Assembly: GCA_963793305.1 (NCBI GenBank)
Contig: CAWBZV010000003.1
Coordinates: 896,001-960,000 of the forward strand
DNA: 64,000 nt
Reading direction: 5' to 3'
Source: an uncultured Gemmatimonadales bacterium
Lineage (GTDB): Bacteria > Gemmatimonadota > Gemmatimonadetes > Gemmatimonadales > Gemmatimonadaceae
Made by a program: the position numbers and the translations under genes
Shown here: piece by piece, positions 52,201 through 60,552 of the stretch
Position numbering within the stretch: position 1 is the first letter of the stretch
Layout: each line of letters begins with the position of its first letter
The notes under the pieces: generated by a model
Told to the model about the DNA's origin: nothing
The model's input: only the letters and a program-made list of their open reading frames with translations
Database searches by the model: none

Positions 52201-52430
52201 CTCGTGGTCTTCCAGACACCACCGGCGGCCGCTCCGAAGTAGAACGTGCCAGGTTCGCCGATCACACCGGCGACGGCCGACACACGGCCACCGCGGAACG
52301 GTCCGATGTTGCGCCAAGCGAGTCCGTGGAGCAGCGTGTCGTCAACGAGCCCCGGGCCTGGTCCGAGGAGCAGTGCCGTCGCTAGGGCTATTGGCGTTGC
52401 CAGAAGAAAAGCACCATGAACACGCAGCAT
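49215..52430 (-). CDS. Secreted BNR/VPS10-like (Asp-box) glycosyl hydrolase
   Basis: WRNIGPFRGGR, many SxDGGxTW Asp boxes, TFGRGIWVLDD. Confidence 0.88.
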   Translation of the reverse strand: MLRVHGAFLLATPIALATALLLGPGPGLVDDTLLHGLAWRNIGPFRGGRVSAVAGVIGEPGTFYFGAAAGGVWKTTSAGETWFPIFDAVTSISAVGAIAVAPSNADVVYVGTGGQPVMGQWQLTEGDGIYRSVDAGKTWHHLGLEDSKRVPSILVDPRDANTVLVAALGPQFRRSATRGVFRSTDGGATWTRTLDVGDTAGVASLAMAADRPQVVFATTTVFYVPPLLPSGVDTSTPPQPHAPTGGGIYRSDDGGLTWRALTGPTVPGVNGRTSIAVAMNTNGQRVYVITNDGLFRSDDGGTTWRQMDADDERIRNGQGGYNCGVYVDPANPDVVYTLNTSAYKSTDGGATFTGFRGAPGGDDPQTAWIDPTNGHRIVLGYDQGAIVTLDGGATWSLWYNQNTEQVYHISADNSFPYWVYATQQDAGAIRTRARGDLGEITPLDWSPVDGWEWGTIVPDPLDHKTVYASGIGLNRINMPTGQWVSVSPNVDPALHLRLSLSAPIVFAPRNQHELLAGYQYLMTTTNGGADWRQLSPDLTLPRGVRASPDTATPRRGQPRPPTIASIAPSPVAAGTIWVGTTNGLIKLTRDHGRTWTDVSMPNTAYPTRAIVETIDASPFDSTTAYAVVDLIAAGDYAPHLYRTRDFGAHWEPITNGLPTDQPSGSFVHVVRADPKRAGLLFAGTESGMFVSFNDGDEWQSLQLNLPRTPCRDIVFAGNDLLVGTFGRGIWVLDDYTVLRQMTNAIAHEAAHLFTPAPAIRVRRNVGYDTPFPLEVPHALNAPEGVAIDYWLASVPGGEITLDVFDSAGAPVRHLSSVPGPSVPEAAQPPESNFWLAPPFQLPANVGANRTHWDLRYDPPPAFVHTFEINANPGLTPASPMGALVAPGTYTLKLTVDGRTHTAKVAVTNDPRSAASTADVRAQVALQRALAGAMRTTYTLYQQAAGMRARLDSLRPRDSSSVSAKAIATFRARLDSVAGVAPTAAAFAFGPMRVRSDFVALHDRFEQQFSAQEYGDLAPTAAMRRAFMDACRDLGNTLARWRDLNTLRVPAGLAPLAAPAQPASCERTSGHT

Positions 52431-52467
52431 GCGGGAAGACCTCGATAGGAGTCGGACAGCCTCCAGT

Positions 52468-53886
52468 TTATCGAAGTGCCGCGCCTGCCGCAGGGAGCCA
52501 GAGGGTGAACACGCTTCCGTCTCCGAGCGTGCTCTCGACCGTGATCCGGCCTTCCTGGAGCTCGGCGAGCAGTCTGGCGATGGCGAGACCGAGTCCGGTG
52601 CCGCCCAGCTCACGGCTGCGGGACTGGTCGACCCGGAAAAATCGGTCGAAGACCGGCTCGAGATGCTCAGGCGCGATCCCTGGCCCGGTGTCTTGAACGG
52701 ACACGCCGACCATGCTGCCGTCCCTCCGAAGACCGAAACGAATCTCACCCTGAAGCGTGTAGCGCACCGCGTTGGTGGCAAGATTCAGCAGGATGTGTCG
52801 TGTGCGGTCGGCATCGCCCAACGCCCACGCCGGCTCCGCCGGCTCGGCGCGCACCGCCAGCCTTTTGTCGATCGCCATGGCCTCCGTGATCTCCTTGACC
52901 TCGTCGACGACGGGTCGGAGGTCGAACGGAACGCGCGCGAGTGGCAGTTGTCGATTCTCGCCCCGGGCGATGAGCAAGAGTTCCTCTACCATTTTGGTGG
53001 TCCGCTCAACCTCCCACTCGATGGCCATCAGCGCGTCACGCACTTCCGCCTCTTCCCGCTGGTGGGCAAGCGCCCACTGCGCCTGAGCGCGCACGAGCGT
53101 GAGCGGCGTGCGGAGCTCGTGGCTGGCGTCGGCCGTGAACGCTTTGAGCGCCCGATGGGCGCGGTCGACGCGGTCCAGCATCCGGTTCATGCTGTCAGCC
53201 AGTGCCGTCACCTCGGCCTGGCCAGTGGGACTTGCGATCCTGGTCCCAAGCTCCGCTGGGTTTATGGCCTGCGTGTCCGCCGTGATGCGCTCGAGGGGGC
53301 CAAGCGTCGCGGCCACCGCCTGGCGCGCGGCGCGGCCGGCGCCGAGCGCCGCGAGCGGAAGCAGCACGGCAACCGCACCGACCAGCGCCGCGAGTCCAAT
53401 GAGATAGGGAGCACGGCTGGCGACGATGTAGATGTCGAAGGGACCCCGTGCTTCCTGAACCAAATCGAACTGCCACCGTGAGCGCCGCGTGATGGCGGCC
53501 AGCAGAATCTGCCGCACCTGCTCGGGCGACGCGCTTGCGGGGAGGCCTTCCAGGCGTTCCTGGGGCATCCCCGGGCTCACGTAGTAGACCCGTGACATGC
53601 CGCCCGAGTCGGTGATCGTTCGAGTAATGAGGACCTGTCCCCCCATGCTCAGAAGATCCTTCGCCAGAGTCGCGGGCATCACGCCACCCGGTCCGCGCGT
53701 GGAGTCCGTGTAGACTCCGAGAAGCGCACCAATAACCGCGGCGGAGTGCTGCATGGTGCGGCGCAACGCCACTTCACCCGCGGCAGCGAAGACCGCGACC
53801 ATCAGGAGCGCGAAGCCCGTGAGTGCGGTCCACGCGACGCGTTGGGTACGCTTCGTGAGAACGGTGGCGAGACGCGGCTCGGTCAC
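52468..53886 (-). CDS. Sensor histidine kinase (HAMP, HisKA, HATPase)
   Basis: FTADASHELRTPL, NLATNAVRY, DTGPGI, GGTGLGL. Confidence 0.95.
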   Translation of the reverse strand: MTEPRLATVLTKRTQRVAWTALTGFALLMVAVFAAAGEVALRRTMQHSAAVIGALLGVYTDSTRGPGGVMPATLAKDLLSMGGQVLITRTITDSGGMSRVYYVSPGMPQERLEGLPASASPEQVRQILLAAITRRSRWQFDLVQEARGPFDIYIVASRAPYLIGLAALVGAVAVLLPLAALGAGRAARQAVAATLGPLERITADTQAINPAELGTRIASPTGQAEVTALADSMNRMLDRVDRAHRALKAFTADASHELRTPLTLVRAQAQWALAHQREEAEVRDALMAIEWEVERTTKMVEELLLIARGENRQLPLARVPFDLRPVVDEVKEITEAMAIDKRLAVRAEPAEPAWALGDADRTRHILLNLATNAVRYTLQGEIRFGLRRDGSMVGVSVQDTGPGIAPEHLEPVFDRFFRVDQSRSRELGGTGLGLAIARLLAELQEGRITVESTLGDGSVFTLWLPAAGAALR

Positions 53887-54557
53887 GGCGGATCGAGCCG
53901 GTAGCCAGTGCCCCGCACCGTCTGGATCATGGAGGTCCGTTTTTCGAAGGAGAGTTTCTTGCGGAGATAATTCACATACACGTCTACGACGTTGGTTTCA
54001 GGGTCGAACTGGTAGTTCCAGACTGCCTCGGCGATGCGAGACCGAGAGACCGTCCGGCCCACGTTCCGCATGAGGAACTCTAATAAGGCGAACTCTCGCG
54101 CACTCAGATCCACCCGGCGCCCGCCGTGCGTGACCTGCCGGGTCAGTGGATCCAGCGTCAGGCTCCCGACGCTCAAGGTCGCATCCTGGTAGCGGAACTC
54201 CGCGCGACGAATCAAGGCGTGCACCCGCGCGAGTAGCTCCGCCAAGTCGAATGGTTTGGTCAGGTAGTCGTCCGCCCCGGCCTCCAGGCCTCGCACGCGT
54301 GACTCCAACTCGTACTTCGCGGTCAGCATGAGCACCGGTGTGAACACGCCTCGAGACCGCAGCTCTGTCACGACGTCGAATCCGTCGCGACCCGGTAGCA
54401 TGACGTCGAGAATGATGCAGCTATACCGAGCGTCGAGCGCACGATCCAACGCGTCATCGCCCGACTCGGCCTCGACCGCGCCATAGCCCTCCTCTCGGAG
54501 CGCTTTGATCAAAAACCGCCGCAAGTTGCGGTCATCTTCTACCACCAGAACCTGCAT
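53883..54557 (-). CDS. OmpR-family response regulator (CusR/CzcR-like)
   Basis: VVEDD, LDVMLP, GADDYLTKPF, VWNYQFDPETNVVDVYVNYLRKK. Confidence 0.95.
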   Translation of the reverse strand: MQVLVVEDDRNLRRFLIKALREEGYGAVEAESGDDALDRALDARYSCIILDVMLPGRDGFDVVTELRSRGVFTPVLMLTAKYELESRVRGLEAGADDYLTKPFDLAELLARVHALIRRAEFRYQDATLSVGSLTLDPLTRQVTHGGRRVDLSAREFALLEFLMRNVGRTVSRSRIAEAVWNYQFDPETNVVDVYVNYLRKKLSFEKRTSMIQTVRGTGYRLDPP

Positions 54558-54586
54558 GCTCGAACCCTGCGATTATGAGAGAGAGA

Positions 54587-54644
54587 TGACAATCCTCTAA
54601 TGTGATCCGTTCGCTCTTTCTCCATGCCGGTCGAATTCTACATT
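54587..54644 (+). promoter_or_regulatory. CusR/CopR-like box and -10 of the Rid-permease operon
   Basis: TGACA-N4-TCTAAT (54587-54601; also 29864-29878); TACATT-6 nt-ATG. Confidence 0.5.
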
Positions 54645-54650
54645 GGCCAT

Positions 54651-55100
54651 ATGAGATCCAAGCATCTCCCTCTTGTGGCCATCGCACTGATAGGTCCCCT
54701 GACCGCTTCAGCGCAAGATAGAAAACAAATTCCGCTCCCGGCGGCGCAGGGTACCATTCCAGATGTGTCGGGGGCAGTATGGGCCGGGAATATACTGTTC
54801 GTGAGTGGGTGGCTCGACCCGGACCTCGAGACACACACCGATCTCAAGTCACAAACCGTGGGTGTTTTCAAAAGCCTGAAAGAGTTCCTCGAAGCGCAGA
54901 AACTGACGCTGGCCAATGTGGTGATGATCCATGCCTACATCGGGAGCGTAGCCGGATATGACGGATATCGAGCCGGATATGCCCAATTCTTCGGCGACCA
55001 ACCGAACAAGCCCGCACACACCACACTGCAGGTCGTTCTGCCCGCTGCCAGGCGCGGCGCGTTGCTGGAAATCGACCTCATCGCCGTGCGTTCAAAGTAG
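54651..55100 (+). CDS. Rid (YjgF/YER057c/UK114) family protein with signal peptide
   Basis: LFVSG, TLANVV, YAQFF, KPAHTT, LLEIDLIA; N-terminal signal peptide ending ASA-Q. Confidence 0.85.
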   Translation: MRSKHLPLVAIALIGPLTASAQDRKQIPLPAAQGTIPDVSGAVWAGNILFVSGWLDPDLETHTDLKSQTVGVFKSLKEFLEAQKLTLANVVMIHAYIGSVAGYDGYRAGYAQFFGDQPNKPAHTTLQVVLPAARRGALLEIDLIAVRSK

Positions 55101-55109
55101 CGGCCAATC

Positions 55110-57618
55110 ATGACTGAGCATCTGCTCTTCGACCTGCGGTACGCGCTTCGCGTGCTGCTGAAGTCGCCGGGATTCTCGTTCATTGCCATCGCCACCATGG
55201 CGCTCGGCATCGGTGCCACCACGGCGATCTATAGCGTCATCGACGCCACGCTGCTGCATCCGTTGCCGTACCCGAATCCCACCGAGCTGATTCACATCGA
55301 GGACGACCTGCCCGGCGCCGGTGCGCGGGATGTCGGCCCCTCCATCCCGGAGTGGAGAGACCTCGAGAGCTCCGGGATATTCCAGTCCGTAGCGATTGCC
55401 GGCCACGGCGCAAACGTGAACCTCACCGGCGGTGCGCACCCCCTGCGTCTCAGCTTCAAGGCCGTGACCCCGAATTATTTCGCGGTCCTCGGTGTTGCCG
55501 CCCAGTTGGGTCACACATTCGATCCGCGCGATGTCACGCCCGGCTACAACCTGGAAGCCGTGATCAGCGATGGGCTGTGGCGGAGGGAGTTCGGAGCCGA
55601 CCCGCACATCGTCGGCAAAGTGCTACGCCTGGACAACGACCCGTATCAGGTCGTCGGCGTCATGCCGCGCGGTTTTCGCGATCAGGGCTCAACTGGCGAC
55701 GAACAAAGTGTGGAGCTGTGGCTGGGAGCGGGCTACGTCGGCCTCCCGTTTCCACCTCCGGAGCGCGGTGTCCGTCTGCGTCGAGCGGTCATCGCGCGCC
55801 TACACGCGGGGTCTCTCGGTTGCGGCGGCGCAGGGGCGCCTCGATGCGCTGGTGGCATCGCTCAAAAAGCAATATCCGGCGGACTATCCGACACGAGCCG
55901 CATGGACCGTGCGCCTGATTCCACTCAGCGAAAGCGTGGTCGCCGGCGTTCGCCAATCGCTCGTTCTCTTGTTCTGCGCGGTCGGATTGGTTCTCCTCAT
56001 CAGTTGCGTCAACGTCGCCAATCTCCTGCTCACCAGGGCCAGCGCGCGAGGTCGTGAGGTCACGGTTCGCCTGGCGCTGGGAGCGCAGAGAACGCGCCTC
56101 ATGGGCCAGCTGCTGACCGAGATTCTGCTGCTGTTCCTGCTCGGTGGAATCGCTGGCTTTGCCGTTCTCTTCTGCGCCCAGCGTTTCCTGCTGCGACTTG
56201 TTCCGGAGAGCCTCCCTCACCTCAACGATATCGGAGTGGGATGGGGCGTGCTGGGATTTGCGATGGTCGTCTCCGTCGCGGCCGGAACGATCTGCGGGCT
56301 CGCTCCCGCATGGCTCATGAGCCGCGCTGATTTGATCGGTACGCTTCGGCAGGAAAGTCGCGGCTCCAGGGGTTCCAAGGAACGCTCGCGCGCCCGCCAC
56401 ATTCTCGTCATCAGTGAATTGGCGCTCTCCCTCGTACTCCTGGTCGCCGCGAGCCTTCTGCTGCGGAGTTTTTGGGACTTGTTCCAAGTGCAGCCCGGTT
56501 TCAATCCTGCCCGCGTGATGGCGATTCAGACCTGGCTGCCTGGGCCCAACGACCCCGCGGCGGATATCTATCGAACCGCTACGCAGGAATCGGTCTTGCT
56601 ACGCGAGATTCTTCGCCGCAGCCAAAATCTGCCGGGCGTAGAAGGAGCGGCCCTCGGCGACGCGGCCGCTCTTCCGCTGGACCACGACCAGGGCGATGTC
56701 AAGCCACTGCTCTTGATTCACGAAGGCCTCGAGACGAAGGCCAATGAGGCTCCCGTGATCGGCGGATCCCTCGTTTCGCCCGAGTACTTCCATGTGCTGG
56801 GCATGCCGCTATTGCGCGGACGCGCGTTCACCGATCAGGACATCGAGGCGACGCCCCAGGTTGCGGTGATCAACCAAGCCGCGGCCCGCACCTACTGGCT
56901 GGGCCAAGATGCGCTCGGCAAACGCGTCCGCCTCGCCTCGGCGAGTGATGGGAATTCGAGGGGGCGCGTCAACAATGCCTGGACCACGATCATCGGCGTA
57001 GTTGGGGATGCGCGCACGGAATCCTTGGGCGACGCGGTCACGCCGCAGATCTATGGCAGCGTCTACCAGCATCCCTTCAAGGGCGTGGCCATCTTTCTTC
57101 GCGGACGCCTCGATCCCCGTGCCATCCCCGAACAAGTTCGCGAACAGGTGCAGTCCGTCGACCCGGAGCTTCCCGTCTTCGGCGCTGAGACCATGGATGA
57201 CGTCCTCGCTGGCTCGCTCTCGATCAGGCGATTTTCGATGGAGATGGTGGCGTTCTTTGCGGCCACGGCCCTGCTGCTGGCCGGACTTGGCATCTACGGA
57301 ACCATCTCTTTCGTGGTCAACGAGCAACGGCGTGAGATCGCCATTCGCCTCGCGCTGGGAATTCAACGAGGCGATATCCTCACGATGGTCATGCGGCGCG
57401 GACTCGGCCTGGCCGCCGCTGGCGCCGCGATAGGGTTGGTCGGTGCGCTCATCGTCTCGCACCTCATGGCCGGACTACTCTACGGCGTCTCGCCCACCGA
57501 CCTCCCCACTTTCGCTGGCGTCACCCTCGTACTGACCGCTGTCGCGCTGGCCGCCAGTTATGTCCCGGCACTACGCGCCATGCACCTCGATCCAATCACG
57601 ATTCTCCAGTCCGAATAG
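55110..57618 (+). CDS. ABC permease (ADOP-like), paralog of 30014-32536, frameshifted near 55810
   Basis: Near-identical to copy A; extra G in GCGGGGTCTC. Confidence 0.9.
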
Positions 57619-57718
57619 CGCGACGCAGATCCCGGCCGGCGGCGCAGTTTCTTGGCGCAGTTTCTCGAGCGTAACAGCGGTCAGTTAGTGAGGGTTCGCT
57701 ACTTCGATTTCCGCGACG

Positions 57719-57991
57719 TCACCGGCGTTGAAGACCCACGTAACGCCTTGGTGCAAGGTCCACCGGCGACGGAGCTGGTGTGGTCCGATCGTCACGGTGT
57801 GAAATGTCGCGGACGATCCCGATGCCCAAAATAATGAAGACAGCTCCCAGGATCCCAACGGCGATTTGACGTCGGCGTGAAAGGTTTGCAGAGAACTCGA
57901 CGCCAAACCCCTTCACCCCGCCGCCAGCGACGCTCGCGAGGATACAAATTACCCCAAGCACGATGAACAACTGCCCGAGCATCGCGGTCAT
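57719..57991 (-). CDS. Small 2-TM membrane protein, possibly truncated
   Basis: Two hydrophobic segments around GGGVKGFGVEF. Confidence 0.5.
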   Translation of the reverse strand: MTAMLGQLFIVLGVICILASVAGGGVKGFGVEFSANLSRRRQIAVGILGAVFIILGIGIVRDISHRDDRTTPAPSPVDLAPRRYVGLQRR

Positions 57992-58199
57992 GTGGAGTCC
58001 AATATTGATGACCAAGCTAACGCCGGGCAACACAGCTGGGCGTACAGAACCGGGCTGTTCGCGCCAGAATGCTGCTCTTTTTGCGGCACGAACGGGCCGA
58101 TAAGTCCAGTAGGGAATCGCCAAGTGGCGATACGCTGGACGGCGGCGCCGTGCGGCGATATGGTGAGCCTGCGGTCACCATTCACTTCGGAGCGCTCCA

Positions 58200-58661
58200 G
58201 TGCCAACCATTCGTTCGCTCGTGCTGCTCAGCGTGATGCTCGCGTGCAGCAAGTACGACGCAACTCCAGCCGACCAACGCGCGCGCGACGAGGCCACGAT
58301 TCGCGGGCTGGATTCCGCGTGGGGCAAGGCCATGGCCGCGAAGAATGTGGAGCAGACCGTCTCATATTACGCCGACAATGCGTCGATCTTCTCGCCTGGT
58401 GAGCCGATCGCGACTGGCAAGTCGGCGATCACAGCGTCGTGGGCGGGCCTCCTGACGCAACCGGGCTCCTCGATCACCTTCGGACCGACCACGGTCGATG
58501 TCTCAGGTGATCGCGCGTACGAGATCGGTGACTATGCGCTCACCGTGATCGACAAAGCGGGCAAGCCACAGACGACGAAAGCGAAGTACGTCGTGGTGCG
58601 CGGCAAGCAATCGGATGGCGCGTGGAAAGTGCTCGTCGACGTGTCCACCACGACCCAATAA
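58200..58661 (+). CDS. NTF2-like/DUF4440 lipoprotein
   Basis: Lipobox MLAC, YYADNA, DRAYEIG, KQSDGAWKVLVD. Confidence 0.85.
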   Translation: MPTIRSLVLLSVMLACSKYDATPADQRARDEATIRGLDSAWGKAMAAKNVEQTVSYYADNASIFSPGEPIATGKSAITASWAGLLTQPGSSITFGPTTVDVSGDRAYEIGDYALTVIDKAGKPQTTKAKYVVVRGKQSDGAWKVLVDVSTTTQ

Positions 58662-58781
58662 CGGTCCGCTTCACGGATATCCAATGCCGCAGATATCGTG
58701 ATTGGATGTCTGACGGACTCACCGTGCCGTTCGCGCTTGCCGCTGGGCTATCCGGCGATGCCGAGGTTCAAGGGCTTCCCT

Positions 58782-59360
58782 TCAGGATCGAAGCGAACGG
58801 AGTTGCGTCATCTCAATGAGATATTCTTCGACACCTCGTAGGTGTTTCGATTTGGCGTTCATGATTCTCTCAAACCATACGCCATCTGCCGCAAGTCTTA
58901 CGACCCGAAGCTCGATTCTCGAATCCGTTGTTGAATGTCTCTTGAGGCGTTCGCTCAGCCAGTTATCCCACACCCGCCCGACCTGATCTTGAGAGGCCAT
59001 CAGGCTCAAGAGCGCGCCCCAGACGTTACGTTCAGCCGCACCTTCGGAGAATGCCGCCCTAATGTAGGCACGAGTAAAGCATCCGTCGGCATTCTCGTCC
59101 TCCGCCATCAGTCGGTCAAACTGCTTGTCCAATCGCGTCAACAGCATCTGCATCAGCTCTGTCACCAACGTCTCTTTGTTTTCGAAGTGATGAAAGAAAG
59201 CCCCTTTGGTCACGTTCGCTAATTCGCTCACTTTGTTGGCTGTGACATCAGCCATGCCCTTGGTCGCAGCGAGTTCGAAGGCGGCATTTAAGAGGGATTC
59301 TCTCACGAAGAGAGGGTCCTTCTTTTTCATGTATGCGTTTTGTGCTTTCGTCGCCTTCAT
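58782..59360 (-). CDS. TetR-family regulator
   Basis: ANVTKGAFFHHFENKE HTH, RLAADGVW; GAGGAG SD before 59360. Confidence 0.92.
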   Translation of the reverse strand: MKATKAQNAYMKKKDPLFVRESLLNAAFELAATKGMADVTANKVSELANVTKGAFFHHFENKETLVTELMQMLLTRLDKQFDRLMAEDENADGCFTRAYIRAAFSEGAAERNVWGALLSLMASQDQVGRVWDNWLSERLKRHSTTDSRIELRVVRLAADGVWFERIMNAKSKHLRGVEEYLIEMTQLRSLRS

Positions 59361-59409
59361 TTTCGAAAATCTCCTCAACCAAGTGGCACACATACAATGC
59401 TTGCGTTCA

Positions 59410-59429
59410 AAGATACCAGTTGGTATCTT
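59410..59429. promoter_or_regulatory. TetR operator palindrome
   Basis: AAGATACCA-GT-TGGTATCTT between divergent tetR and VOC genes. Confidence 0.8.
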
Positions 59430-59456
59430 CAGTCAGACGACCAACGTGTGAGGTGA

Positions 59457-59912
59457 ATGATGAGCGGTTCAGGATTGAGCGAGATGCAGACTGTCGTGGA
59501 CTCAGAATTGGCAGTGGCGCACCTCGTGTTTAAGGTGGCTGACCTCAAGCGCAGTTGCCAATTCTACTCAAATCTCGGCATTCCTCCATTTGCTGTAATT
59601 GACGACGAAAAGGTCGCAATCATTGAACTACGTGGAGGCACGCATCTTCTCTTGTTAGAAGGTGATCAACTGGCGGCAGAAGGCGTAGCGGAAAGTGTGA
59701 CGGGGCAATTCCATAAAAGATTTGCTGAGCAATTCGACCTCATGATCAAAGGCAAAGGCCTCAGTGAATTGAGACGATATCGGTCGGAGCTCATCGGTCG
59801 GGGAATCGCAGCAGGAGAGATTCCCAATGAACCTGTGTATGGACATCATCTGTTCTGCATAAAGGATCCCGATGGGAACGGGATCACGATTTATACTAGC
59901 CACGCGATTTAG
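59457..59912 (+). CDS. VOC/glyoxalase family protein
   Basis: HLVFKVADLKRSCQFY, KDPDGNGI. Confidence 0.88.
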   Translation: MMSGSGLSEMQTVVDSELAVAHLVFKVADLKRSCQFYSNLGIPPFAVIDDEKVAIIELRGGTHLLLLEGDQLAAEGVAESVTGQFHKRFAEQFDLMIKGKGLSELRRYRSELIGRGIAAGEIPNEPVYGHHLFCIKDPDGNGITIYTSHAI

Positions 59913-60031
59913 TAATCAGAAAGCTCTGCCTTCAACAGGTCGGCAACGCGTGAGGTCGTCACGACACGATCAGCGAGTCGGAGTGGCGCGGCCGCTGTGG
60001 TTGCCGGGCCAGGGGATCCGGTCCAGATTCA

Positions 60032-60496
60032 GTGGTAGTGACGGCCGAGCCTCTGTACTTCGACGATCTGCACGTCGGCCAGCGCATCACGAGCAGCACC
60101 ATCACCGTTGATGAGAAGGCGATCATCGCCTTCGGCTCGACTTTCGATCCGCAGCCGTTCCACACGGATACGACGGCGGCACGCGGGAGCGTGTTCGGTG
60201 GTCTCGTTGCGAGCGGGTGGCACACGGCCGCGCTCTCGATGCGACTCCTGGTCACGAGTGCGCCACCGATCGCGGGCGGGCTGGTCGGCGCCGGCGGCGA
60301 AATCGCCTGGCCGGCACCGACGCGTGCCGGCGACATCCTCCACATCGATGCCGAGGTCATCGCGGTCACCCCATCGCGGTCACGCCCCGATCGCGGCATC
60401 GTGACGCTCAGAAGCGAAACGCGCAATCAGCGCAACGAAGTCGTGCAGATCTTCACGGCAAAGTTGGTCGTCCCTCGTCGTCCATCCGGCCGATGA
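60032..60496 (+). CDS. MaoC-family dehydratase
   Basis: YFDDLHVG, FDPQPFHTD, FGGLVASGWHT. Confidence 0.92.
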   Translation: MVVTAEPLYFDDLHVGQRITSSTITVDEKAIIAFGSTFDPQPFHTDTTAARGSVFGGLVASGWHTAALSMRLLVTSAPPIAGGLVGAGGEIAWPAPTRAGDILHIDAEVIAVTPSRSRPDRGIVTLRSETRNQRNEVVQIFTAKLVVPRRPSGR

Positions 60497-60552
60497 TGGT
60501 GCGGAACTTCCGACTCGAGCCGGTCGCCAAGTCATAGATCGCCCGCGCGCGG

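Noticed and set aside
15179..55815. Programmed ribosomal frameshifting
   Set aside because: No shared slippery heptamer or downstream structure was seen; sequencing indels are the simpler explanation.
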